Shown in pieces: positions 38,169-46,634 of a stretch of DNA of 64,000 bases. Numbering within the stretch: the first letter of the stretch is position 1; every line of letters begins with the position of its first letter. Under the pieces are notes generated by a model that saw only the letters and a program-made list of their open reading frames with translations, did no database searches and was not told the origin of the DNA. A program made the translations under genes and the position numbers. Origin of the DNA: an uncultured Saprospiraceae bacterium (GTDB taxonomy: Bacteria > Actinomycetota > Acidimicrobiia > Spongiisociales > UBA5794); the NCBI GenBank assembly GCA_964195515.1, contig CAXMQO010000041.1, forward strand, positions 4,368-68,367. Reading direction: 5' to 3'.

Positions 38169-38999
38169 GTGGTGGGCCCACAGTCAGAAAGCGTGACGAC
38201 ACGCGGTACCCTGATGGACATGGCAGGGAGACTCTGGACCGTGGCGAAGCGACCGCTGGCGGTCGGCGGCGTGCTCACCGCGCAGATGGCCCAATCGATT
38301 CAACGCCCGGATCTCGAGAGCTTCACCGATCAAGACCCGTCGGGGGTCTTCGGCGACTCCAATCTGGCGCCGCTTCGCATGATCGTCCTCGGTGACAGCA
38401 CCGTTACCGCTCCCGGGGTGGAACCCCTCGACGCCTGTTGGGCGCGACGAACAGCCCTGTTCTTCTCTGACCGGTACCGCGTCGAACTCATCTCGTTCGC
38501 CGTCGGGGGATCGAAGGTCGCAGACGTGCGCAACGAGCAGATGCATCGGGCAATCGTCGCCGGCGGTGACGTCGCGATCGTTTGCGTCGGGGGCAACGAC
38601 GCTCTTCGAGCAACGCCGATCAATCGATTTGAGACCGCCTACGACGAGATGCTCGAGGTCCTCGCCGCAGCGTTCCCGGCCGTCGCCGTGTGCGGCGTCG
38701 GCGACCTTGGGACGATCCCTCGACTCCCGGCGATGGCCAGGGGTATCGCCCGGGTTCGCGCTCGCGCCGTCGACCATGCCATCGGTCGCGTTGCCCGTCG
38801 CCATGACGTCCCGAAATCCAGAGCGTGGGGTGCCGAATTCGAGCCATTCGAGTCCGATCCCGCCGTCTGGGCCGGGGATCTCTTCCACGCGTCGGCCGTG
38901 GGACACGCGATGTACGCGGATGCAGCGATTCCCCTCGTCGAAGAGGCCCTCAGACGGTCGGGCTCCGCTCTGCCAGGAAGTCGCGAATCATCGCCGTGA
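38169..38999 (+). CDS. SGNH/GDSL-family hydrolase
   Basis: 276 aa. Block I VLGDSTV, block III GGNDA, block V DLFHASAVGH. Confidence 0.75.
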   Translation: MVGPQSESVTTRGTLMDMAGRLWTVAKRPLAVGGVLTAQMAQSIQRPDLESFTDQDPSGVFGDSNLAPLRMIVLGDSTVTAPGVEPLDACWARRTALFFSDRYRVELISFAVGGSKVADVRNEQMHRAIVAGGDVAIVCVGGNDALRATPINRFETAYDEMLEVLAAAFPAVAVCGVGDLGTIPRLPAMARGIARVRARAVDHAIGRVARRHDVPKSRAWGAEFEPFESDPAVWAGDLFHASAVGHAMYADAAIPLVEEALRRSGSALPGSRESSP

Positions 39000-39642
39000 C
39001 GGTGCCGATCACACCCGGGTTGTAGCCCTCCGGGACGATGATGTCGGCGTAGCGTTTCGACGGTTCAACGAACTGCAGGTGCATCGGTCGCACGGTCGCC
39101 TCATACTGGTGAAGCACCGAATCGACCGTTCTTCCCCGCTCAACGATGTCACGCTGGAGGCGACGCATCAACCGGAGGTCCGCGTCGGTGTCAATGTAGA
39201 TACGAAGATCCATCTGCTCACGGATCTCCGGCTCGGCGAGTACGAGAATCCCTTCCACGAGCACCACCGGTTCAGGCTCGACGTGTACCGTCTCCGCTGC
39301 TCGCGTGTGGGTGGAGAAGTCGTACACCGGACGCTCGATAGCCCGACCTGAGCGAAGAGCGTGGATGTGTTCGACCAACAGTTCGGTCTCAAGAGAATCC
39401 GGATGGTCGTAGTTGATCTTCGTTCGCTCTTCGTAGGAAAGGTGCGCCTGGCGTCGGTAGTAGGCGTCGTGCGGGAGTCGGGCAACAACGTCTGCGCCCA
39501 CGATGTCCACGACACTCTGGGCAATCGTCGACTTCCCGGAGCCTGAGCCGCCGGCGATCGCGATGATCAGCGGATGCTCCGGATCCTCGCCGTGTGGCCA
39601 GGCTGCGGCATGGCCGAAGTAGGTTTCGAGGTCGAACGCCAT
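38950..39642 (-). CDS. udk: uridine kinase
   Basis: P-loop IAIAGGSGSGKST and overall colinearity with Udk. Start trimmed to ATG 39642. Its 3' end overlaps the convergent SGNH gene by 50 nt. Confidence 0.9.
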   Translation of the reverse strand: MAFDLETYFGHAAAWPHGEDPEHPLIIAIAGGSGSGKSTIAQSVVDIVGADVVARLPHDAYYRRQAHLSYEERTKINYDHPDSLETELLVEHIHALRSGRAIERPVYDFSTHTRAAETVHVEPEPVVLVEGILVLAEPEIREQMDLRIYIDTDADLRLMRRLQRDIVERGRTVDSVLHQYEATVRPMHLQFVEPSKRYADIIVPEGYNPGVIGTVTAMIRDFLAERSPTV

Positions 39643-39809
39643 GGATCTCAATCCTAGTGCCGCGTCGGGTGCCGTTCACGCGGTCGATGTCGCGGCAAGC
39701 GCATAGATGACAAGGACGCGGGAAGAAGGTGCACTCGTCACGCCGTTCCACGCCAGCCACTGGACTTCCCCCTGTGAGCCGGTCGCGCCGACAACCAGGG
39801 GACAAGACG

Positions 39810-39947
39810 ATGGAGGAGATTGTCCAACACGAGTGCGGCTCACCCGACGTCCTAGAGCGCCAAGAGATAGACAAGCCTGGGATCAAGGATGACGAGGTGC
39901 TGGTACGCGTTCATTGGCACCCCGCGGACTGCAGAAGCGGCGACTGT
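39810..39947 (+). pseudogene. N-terminal fragment of a medium-chain (zinc-type/quinone) dehydrogenase-reductase
   Basis: MEEIVQHECGSPDVLERQEIDKPGIKDDEVLVRVH.HPAD.RSG mimics the first ~45 aa of MDR/quinone oxidoreductases. The frame then becomes Arg/Gly-rich nonsense and stops at 40022. Confidence 0.35.
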
Positions 39948-40049
39948 GCTCAACGGCGAGGAAGAGGCCGGTCACGAGGCTGCAGGTCTCGTAGCCGAGA
40001 GATCTGGCAACGCGGAGGATGATCTCGGCGCGAATGAGCGGGCGATGCT

Positions 40050-40463
40050 CTAGGACGCGCCGGTCTTCAACCACACCGGGACGTCGGATGTGTATCCCCG
40101 GCGCAGGAGCTCCCCCATGACCGCCGAGTTGCGCCGGATCGTCACATCGTCCGAGCGCGGAGCGAATCCGTTGTGCGGTCGCTGAGCACCTGCCGTCACA
40201 AACGTCCGGCCGTACTCTCCGATCAGCTCGTCGTCCGTCAGAATAGGAACAGGCAACTCTTGAACGCTGCGGGATCCCATAGGTCCTCCATCGCTTGGCG
40301 TACCCTCAAATTCGGCATCGGCGGGCCTGAGCTTAAGTCGGAGTTCCCCGACTGCGAGGTATCCAACACCGAACGATTCGCGGCCGCCGCCCACTACCTC
40401 GTCCGATTCCGTCCGGAGGATCCAGGATTCACACTCCCACGAGACGTAGGGCGACACGCCCAT
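40050..40463 (-). CDS. hypothetical protein (uncertain; may be a remnant)
   Basis: The ORF track gives 40050..40571. Internal ATGs are at 40463 and 40280. Composition is only moderately coding-like, and the ORF lies in a region with other gene fragments. Confidence 0.25.
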   Translation of the reverse strand: MGVSPYVSWECESWILRTESDEVVGGGRESFGVGYLAVGELRLKLRPADAEFEGTPSDGGPMGSRSVQELPVPILTDDELIGEYGRTFVTAGAQRPHNGFAPRSDDVTIRRNSAVMGELLRRGYTSDVPVWLKTGAS

Positions 40464-40592
40464 CGTTCGCGTGCGTCGGTCACGGCGAGGGCGCCGATAC
40501 CAAGACCGATCGATGGGCAGTAAGTGGACATGCCACCCAACGACCCGACCAACGTCGAGGGGGTTCTTCAAGGAACCTGAAGCCCCGCTGCT

Positions 40593-41363
40593 TCAGCGGA
40601 GCGTTACGTCACCGGACATCGTCTTGAGCCGCATCGTTGCGCTGATCGACGGCTCGTCCTCCCCGGACGACGAGGAGGAGAGATTCCTGAACCGCCCCGA
40701 CCGTGTCTGGATGTCCGCTTCGATCGACATCCCCGGCATGAGGCCGATATCGAAGTCGCCCGACATCGCTGCCCCTTCGAACATCACACCCGAGAACCGT
40801 CGGACCGTGACGTCCCCGCTCGCCGTCCTCACTTCGACCGAGCCATGGGTTGTCCCCAGTTTGACATCACCCGATGTGGTATTGATCGAAGCGTCGCCGC
40901 CGAGTTCATCGATCCGCACGTCACCCGACGCGGTCGAGATTCGGATCCCGCCCGCGATGTCGCCGACAGTGATGTCCCCGCTCGCGGTCTTGATCCTGCC
41001 ACGCCCACTCAGCGATGCCAGGTGGACGTCACCGGATGCCACGTCGATTTCCGCATCCGAGATCGGAACGGAGAACCTGAGATCCCCGGAAGCCGTCCTT
41101 GCGGTAACCGACGTCGATGCCGGAACGGTCAGTCGGATGGAGATTCCTCGCCCGACCCGCCGACGCACCCCCTTGCGCGACCGAATCGTCACGATGTCCC
41201 CGGTATGGACGATCTCGAAAAGTTCAAGTTCTTGTTTGGGTCCGTCGATCTCAACCCCGATCGACCCGTCGCCGCCCTCGACGACACCAACGTCGGTCGA
41301 GAACACTGCGACAACGATCTCCGGGCGGTCCCCGACGGTGAACACCCTGATGGCGCCGCTCAT
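40593..41363 (-). CDS. DUF4097-family beta-strand-repeat protein
   Basis: 256 aa with many repeats of the (T/A)ASGD(V/I) unit. Confidence 0.8.
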   Translation of the reverse strand: MSGAIRVFTVGDRPEIVVAVFSTDVGVVEGGDGSIGVEIDGPKQELELFEIVHTGDIVTIRSRKGVRRRVGRGISIRLTVPASTSVTARTASGDLRFSVPISDAEIDVASGDVHLASLSGRGRIKTASGDITVGDIAGGIRISTASGDVRIDELGGDASINTTSGDVKLGTTHGSVEVRTASGDVTVRRFSGVMFEGAAMSGDFDIGLMPGMSIEADIQTRSGRFRNLSSSSSGEDEPSISATMRLKTMSGDVTLR

Positions 41364-41821
41364 GTTTCGATCGTCCCGGTGTAACGCCGTCCTGCGCCGC
41401 TCTCCCTCGCCTTGCTGGCCAGCGCCTTGACCACGAACGCGTTCATCGAGTCCCCCGAATCGTCGGCTGCGTCCTCGAGCACAGCCTTGAGTTTCTCGGA
41501 GAGGCGGAGCGTGATCCTCGCTTCGAGATCGTCGGTGTCCATCGCTACCGAGGTTTCCGCCTCCCGGACCACGAGCACGGGTACACCTTCGCGTAACTCG
41601 ACACCGACGTTCCTTCCGGGAAGTTGTGCCTCGGCTTCACCGGCTGCCTGCTCGGCCAGTCGCATGACGGCACGCTCGATGGCCGGTTCCAGACCGATCA
41701 AGATCGCCTCTGCGGCATCTGCGACCGCCGAGTCCTCGCCGGCGAATCGCAGTTGGACATTCAGAGCCCGTTCAATCTCGGTCGTCACGATGCTTGCGTC
41801 CACGTTCGCCTTCTCCCTCAA
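41360..41821 (-). CDS. ribbon-helix-helix (HicB/Arc-like C-terminal) protein
   Basis: 153 aa. The C-terminal ITLRLSEKLKAVLEDAADDSGDSMNAFVVKAL is RHH-like. There is a 4-nt overlap with the downstream DUF4097 gene. Confidence 0.55.
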   Translation of the reverse strand: MREKANVDASIVTTEIERALNVQLRFAGEDSAVADAAEAILIGLEPAIERAVMRLAEQAAGEAEAQLPGRNVGVELREGVPVLVVREAETSVAMDTDDLEARITLRLSEKLKAVLEDAADDSGDSMNAFVVKALASKARESGAGRRYTGTIET

Positions 41822-41971
41822 TGTCCAACGATGCGGCCGATGAGGCGCAGCCGCGACCGGCGGATCACTTCATCGTCCCGCCCGAATGATGTCTCTCTCA
41901 TGACCTTGACGGCCTCTGGACTGTTGTACCACAACATCGGCACTCCTCTCGATATCTCCCTGTCGTCACAC

Positions 41972-42001
41972 TGACAGCATCATGATGTCATACTGCTGTC
42001 A
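41972..42001. promoter_or_regulatory. palindromic candidate operator
   Basis: TGACAGCA-N14-TGCTGTCA (perfect 8-bp arms), flanked by further TGTCA half sites, in the AT-richer divergent spacer between the RHH gene and the thi operon. Confidence 0.3.
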
Positions 42002-42054
42002 CTTTGTCAAACCTTTCTTCGATCAAGCCTCAGGCACCGGCTATCATGGGACTG

Positions 42055-42165
42055 ACCACTCCGGGGAGTTCGGGTACGCCGAACTGAGAGGGCGGCCGGT
42101 GTAGCACTGCTGCGAATGTCGCTGACCCGCGGAACCTGATCTGGATCATGCCAGCGGAGGGAGCG
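42055..42165 (+). promoter_or_regulatory. TPP (THI-box) riboswitch
   Basis: Conserved CUGAGA (42084-42089) and ACCCGCGGAACCUGAUCUGGAUCAUGCCAGCGGAGGGA core. It lies directly upstream of the thiamine genes, and the GGAGG Shine-Dalgarno (42157-42161) is in the 3' part of the aptamer. Confidence 0.85.
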
Positions 42166-42166
42166 C

Positions 42167-42826
42167 GTGGAACCGCCCACAAATCAGGCGATCATCCTCT
42201 CGGGAGGAGAACCGCTCGAAGCCGATCGAGAGATCGTTCTCCCCGACGACGCCTACGTCATCGCTGCCGACAGTGGCCTCCATCACGCCGCGGTGCTCGG
42301 CATCGTGGTTGATCTCGTCGTCGGCGATATGGATTCCGTCAACCCGGGGACCCTCGCCGCTGCCGTCAGCCGAGGATCCCAGACGGAGCGTCATCCAGCG
42401 GATAAGGATCGCACGGATCTCGAACTCGCGATCGATGCGGCCCTCGGCCTTGGGGCCAGGAAGCTGTTGATCGTCGGGGCCCACACCGGCCGCCTCGACC
42501 ATCTCCTCGGCGCCATGGGGCTGTTCGCGGCCACCGCAGCGCAGGTCGACGAGATCGTCTGGACCGACGGATTGACAGAGGTCTACGGTTGCGTGCCCGG
42601 TCATCCCGCGAGCGTCAACGGTCGGGTTGGCGACGGGATCTCCCTCATCCCCGCCTCGATGGACGTGACGGGAATCAGTACCGACGGTCTGAGATGGAGA
42701 CTCATCGATGACGTACTACCCGCGGGTTCGACCCGGGGTATCAGCAATGTGATCGAAACGACGCCGTCATCTGTCACGGTTGGGACGGGGACACTGCTGG
42801 TCGTTCACGAAAGGACCCCATCGTGA
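42167..42826 (+). CDS. thiN: thiamine pyrophosphokinase
   Basis: 219 aa with GDMDS, KDRTDLELA and the C-terminal thiamine-binding domain pattern. GTG start. Confidence 0.8.
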   Translation: MEPPTNQAIILSGGEPLEADREIVLPDDAYVIAADSGLHHAAVLGIVVDLVVGDMDSVNPGTLAAAVSRGSQTERHPADKDRTDLELAIDAALGLGARKLLIVGAHTGRLDHLLGAMGLFAATAAQVDEIVWTDGLTEVYGCVPGHPASVNGRVGDGISLIPASMDVTGISTDGLRWRLIDDVLPAGSTRGISNVIETTPSSVTVGTGTLLVVHERTPS

Positions 42827-43863
42827 ACCGACCCTTGGCCGGACTCCTCATCGCAGTGATCGCTCTGGTGGCGACAGGGTGCAGCGCCGGAGACACGGAG
42901 ACCGGCGAGATCGTGTTGATGACGCACGGATCCTTCGTAGTCTCCGATGGGGTTCTCGAGGCGTTCGCAGAAGAGATGGGCATCACCGTGAGTGTGCTCC
43001 AATCTGCCGACGCCGGAACGATGGTGAGTCAGGCCATTCTCACGAAGGACAACCCCGTTGCCGACGTCCTCTACGGGATCGATAACACGTTCCTCTCACG
43101 AGCGATCGACGAGGACCTGTTCCTCCCCCATCGGGCCGCGGCGATCGACACCGTGCCGGAGACGCTGCGGGTACAAGGCGATCTCGTCACGCCCATCGAC
43201 TTCGGCGATGTCTGTCTCAATCTCGATCCGGACGGACTCGAAAGCCTTGGGCTTGGATCACCGGATCGGCTCGTCGATCTGGCCGATGGCGCATACCGGG
43301 GCACACTCGTTGTCGAAGATCCGTCGACGTCGTCACCGGGTCTGGCATTCCTCCTCGCCACGATCGCCACGTTCGGCGAGGACGGCACCTACCCCTGGCA
43401 GGCGTACTGGCGAGATCTCGTCACCAACGATGTCCGGATCGTCCCTGGATGGGACCAGGCCTACTACGGGGAGTTCTCAGGAGGTTCAGGGAGCGGGGAT
43501 CGCCCAATCGTCGTCTCCTACGCCACCTCCCCGGTGGCCGAGGTCTATTTCGGGGATCTCGAGGCCGCGCCCACCACCATCGTCGAGGACGGCTGCTTCC
43601 GTCAGGTCGAATATGCCGGGATCCTCAACGGCACGAAGGCGGAAGCCGCTGCCGGGCGCCTCGTCGACTTCCTGCTCGAACACACCTTCCAGGAGGACGT
43701 GCCGTTGAGCATGTTCGTGTTCCCCGCGAATAGCGACACATCTCTCCCCGACGTGTTCGCCGATCACGCCGTCATCCCGACCGGGTCGATCCTGATGGAC
43801 CCGGCACGAATCGACGAGAACCGCGAGCAGTGGCTCGCCGAGTGGGCGACCGTGGTGCGATGA
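42823..43863 (+). CDS. thiB: thiamine ABC transporter substrate-binding lipoprotein
   Basis: 346 aa. Lipobox LVATGC. Type II periplasmic binding protein in the riboswitch-controlled operon. Its start overlaps the thiN stop. Confidence 0.8.
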   Translation: MNRPLAGLLIAVIALVATGCSAGDTETGEIVLMTHGSFVVSDGVLEAFAEEMGITVSVLQSADAGTMVSQAILTKDNPVADVLYGIDNTFLSRAIDEDLFLPHRAAAIDTVPETLRVQGDLVTPIDFGDVCLNLDPDGLESLGLGSPDRLVDLADGAYRGTLVVEDPSTSSPGLAFLLATIATFGEDGTYPWQAYWRDLVTNDVRIVPGWDQAYYGEFSGGSGSGDRPIVVSYATSPVAEVYFGDLEAAPTTIVEDGCFRQVEYAGILNGTKAEAAAGRLVDFLLEHTFQEDVPLSMFVFPANSDTSLPDVFADHAVIPTGSILMDPARIDENREQWLAEWATVVR

Positions 43864-45479
43864 GAACGAGGCTGTGGGTCCTGCTGCTCGCGGTGGTTCC
43901 CGCGGCGTTCCTTGCGTACTTCTTCGTCTACCCGTTGGTCACGATCCTGTATACCGGCCTTGTTCCAAATGGTCAGTTCGCTACCTCCGCATTCGCTGAG
44001 ATCGTGACGGATCCGACCATGCGATCTATCGCGTGGTTCACGCTCTGGCAGGCACTCCTGTCGACGGTGCTCACCGTCATCCTCGGCCTTCCCGCGGCCT
44101 ACATCTTCGCCCGTTACCGGTTCCCCGGCCGGTCGCTGTTCCGTTCCCTGACCCTGATCCCTTTCGTCCTTCCGACGCTCGTCGTCGGCGTCGCCTTCCT
44201 CGCCGTCCTCGGCCCGGGGAGTCCGTTCGGCGTCGACCTACGGGGCACGATCTGGGCAATTCTCATCGCTCACGTCTTCTACAACCTCGCCATCGTGATC
44301 CGCGGCGTTGGCGTTCTCTGGGAACAGATCGATCCTCACATCGAGGACGCAGCCCGGTCGCTGGGCGCCGGCCGGTGGCGCGTCTTCCGCGAGATCACTC
44401 TCCCGTTGCTCCGACCCGCGATCCTGTCGAGCGCCGCTCTGGTGTTCCTGTTCTCGTTCACGTCGTTCGGCGTGATCCTCGTCCTCGGAGATCTCCACCA
44501 TACGACACTCGAAGTCGAGATTTGGCGACAGGCAACCGCATTCCTACGCCTCGACCTCGCGTCGGCCCTCGCCGTGCTCCAACTCGTCGGCGTCACGGTG
44601 ATCCTCCTGATCTACGGGAAAACCAGCAGAAGGACTGCCGGCGAACTCCCGCTCCGTCCGCCCGCCGAGGTCGCTCGACGCCCACAAACCGTCGGTGAAC
44701 GCCTGTTCATCGCCGCGACCCTCGGCATGCTCGGCCTCATCGTCGTCACGCCCATCGTCGTACTGGTCGCCCGATCCCTGAGCACCCCGACCGGCCTGGC
44801 GCTGACGCACTACGCGAATCTCTTCGATCCGCCCCGGGCCTCCGCCATATTCGTTTCACCACTCGATGCGATCGGAAACACCCTCCGATTCGCAATCCCT
44901 GCGGTCGTCATCGCCGCCGGGATTGGACTCATGGCCGGCGTGGTCATCGTGTCCACCCGGGGGCGCGGCGGTCGGATTTTCGACACGGTGCTCATGCTTC
45001 CTCTCGGGACATCGGCGGTGACCATCGGTTTCGGGTTCCTTGTAGCTCTCGACCAGCCGATCGACCTGCGGGCCTCTCTCGTACTGATCCCCATTGCTCA
45101 CGCGCTCGTAGCGATTCCGTTCGTCATCAGGAGCACGGTCCCGGTGATGGAGTCGGTGCAGCGCCGCCTTCGGGAGGCAGCGGCCGTGCTGGGTGCATCA
45201 CCACGACAGGTGTGGCGTGAGGTCGATCTTCCACTCGTCTCACGCGCACTGGCCGTGGGAGCGTTGTTTGCCTTCGCGATATCCGTTGGCGAGTTCGGCG
45301 CGACATCCTTCATCGCACGCCCTGCAACCGCCACGATCCCCGTCGCGATCTTCCGTCTGCTCGGCCGACCGGGTACCTTCGGCGAGGCGATGGCTATGGC
45401 GGTCTTGCTGATGGCGATCACCGGGATCGCCGCGATGGGAATCGAGTCGATGCGCGGATCCCGTTCGGGTGGTGTGTGA
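43860..45479 (+). CDS. thiP: thiamine ABC transporter permease (duplicated MalFG-type)
   Basis: Trimmed to ATG 43860 (ATGA overlap with thiB). It has two permease repeats, each with an EAA-like loop (EDAARSLGAG and REAAAVLGAS). Confidence 0.85.
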   Translation: MRTRLWVLLLAVVPAAFLAYFFVYPLVTILYTGLVPNGQFATSAFAEIVTDPTMRSIAWFTLWQALLSTVLTVILGLPAAYIFARYRFPGRSLFRSLTLIPFVLPTLVVGVAFLAVLGPGSPFGVDLRGTIWAILIAHVFYNLAIVIRGVGVLWEQIDPHIEDAARSLGAGRWRVFREITLPLLRPAILSSAALVFLFSFTSFGVILVLGDLHHTTLEVEIWRQATAFLRLDLASALAVLQLVGVTVILLIYGKTSRRTAGELPLRPPAEVARRPQTVGERLFIAATLGMLGLIVVTPIVVLVARSLSTPTGLALTHYANLFDPPRASAIFVSPLDAIGNTLRFAIPAVVIAAGIGLMAGVVIVSTRGRGGRIFDTVLMLPLGTSAVTIGFGFLVALDQPIDLRASLVLIPIAHALVAIPFVIRSTVPVMESVQRRLREAAAVLGASPRQVWREVDLPLVSRALAVGALFAFAISVGEFGATSFIARPATATIPVAIFRLLGRPGTFGEAMAMAVLLMAITGIAAMGIESMRGSRSGGV

Positions 45480-46462
45480 TGCTCGAGGTCTCCCAATTGA
45501 CGATCCGATTCGACGGAACACCGGCACTTGACGGTGCAGACCTCAGTGTTGAGGATCGGTCGATCCATGTCTTGATGGGCCCATCCGGGTCGGGGAAGTC
45601 CACCATGCTTCGGTCGATCGCCGGTCTCGAGAATCCGGAAATCGGCGAGATCGCGTGGAACGGCCGCTCCGTGTTGGGTGTCCCCGCCCACAAGCGAGGG
45701 TTCGGCCTGATGTTCCAGGACTACGCGCTGTTCCCCCATCGGAACGTCGCCGGGAACGTGGCATTCGGCCTCCGAATGCAGGGATTGGATTCAGCGATCA
45801 TCCACAATCGGGTGGACGCAGTCCTCGAACTCGTCGGCCTTCCCGGGTATGGAGACCGCAGTGTCGGCACGCTCTCGGGAGGTGAGCGGCAACGGATCGC
45901 CCTGGCCCGAACACTCGCAGCGCGCCCGCGTCTCGTGCTCCTCGATGAACCGCTCGGGGCGCTCGACCGGTCACTCCGCGAACACCTCCTCGTCGAGATG
46001 CGATCGATCTTCAACCAAGTCGAGGCGACCGTCCTCTACGTGACTCACGACCGCGAGGAGGCCTTCACGATTGCCGACCGTGTAGCCATCATCCGCGACG
46101 GACGCATTGTCGCCGATGACACGCCGGAGGGCCTCTGGCACCGCCCGCCGGACGGCTGGATCGCTCGATTCATCGGACTCGAGAACCTCTGCGCGGCGTC
46201 CACGCTCGCCGAACTGGCCGTTCCTTCTCCGTCCGTCGCAACAACGACGGGTGTCATCCCACCCGAGGCGATCACTCTCTCCCCCACCGGTTCGCAGACC
46301 GCGACCGTGACCGGGTCCTTCTTCCGCGGCGGCCTCTACCGAATCGAACTCGACCTCGACGCAGGATTGTCACTCATCACATGGTCGCCGGTCGGCATCG
46401 AGGCGGGAACGCTTGCTCGTTTCGACGTCGACACAACCCGGATCAGCTGGTTCGAAGGGTAG
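45476..46462 (+). CDS. thiQ: thiamine ABC transporter ATP-binding protein
   Basis: GPSGSGKST Walker A, LSGGERQR signature and LLLDEP Walker B. Its start overlaps the thiP stop. Confidence 0.85.
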   Translation: MMLEVSQLTIRFDGTPALDGADLSVEDRSIHVLMGPSGSGKSTMLRSIAGLENPEIGEIAWNGRSVLGVPAHKRGFGLMFQDYALFPHRNVAGNVAFGLRMQGLDSAIIHNRVDAVLELVGLPGYGDRSVGTLSGGERQRIALARTLAARPRLVLLDEPLGALDRSLREHLLVEMRSIFNQVEATVLYVTHDREEAFTIADRVAIIRDGRIVADDTPEGLWHRPPDGWIARFIGLENLCAASTLAELAVPSPSVATTTGVIPPEAITLSPTGSQTATVTGSFFRGGLYRIELDLDAGLSLITWSPVGIEAGTLARFDVDTTRISWFEG

Positions 46463-46625
46463 GAGTGCGCTGAGTAATGCCGTTGCCCAAGTCGGCGGTC
46501 AGGCGCGCCAGGCGCAAGGATGCGGTTCCGTCACTCCTTGTGTCGGAATGACGGAGCCGAAGCCACAGCGCCTGGTGATGCGCTGGTCGTCGAGATGGGC
46601 GGCATGTATTGCTCAGCGTGCTCCT
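46461..46625. other. 165-nt nested inverted-repeat element filling the thiQ/isochorismatase convergent spacer
   Basis: Outer arms are 46461-46481 / 46601-46625, middle arms 46508-46515 / 46568-46575, and inner arms 46524-46533 / 46549-46558. Confidence 0.45.
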
Positions 46626-46634
46626 GGCCCCTCG

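Noticed and set aside
40050-40283. T4 endonuclease V-like pyrimidine-dimer glycosylase.
   Set aside because: Only a loose match (LT.D.EL...EY and ELLRRGY). The N-terminal catalytic Thr/Arg region and the Glu23-equivalent are missing, and the ORF is about half the expected length.
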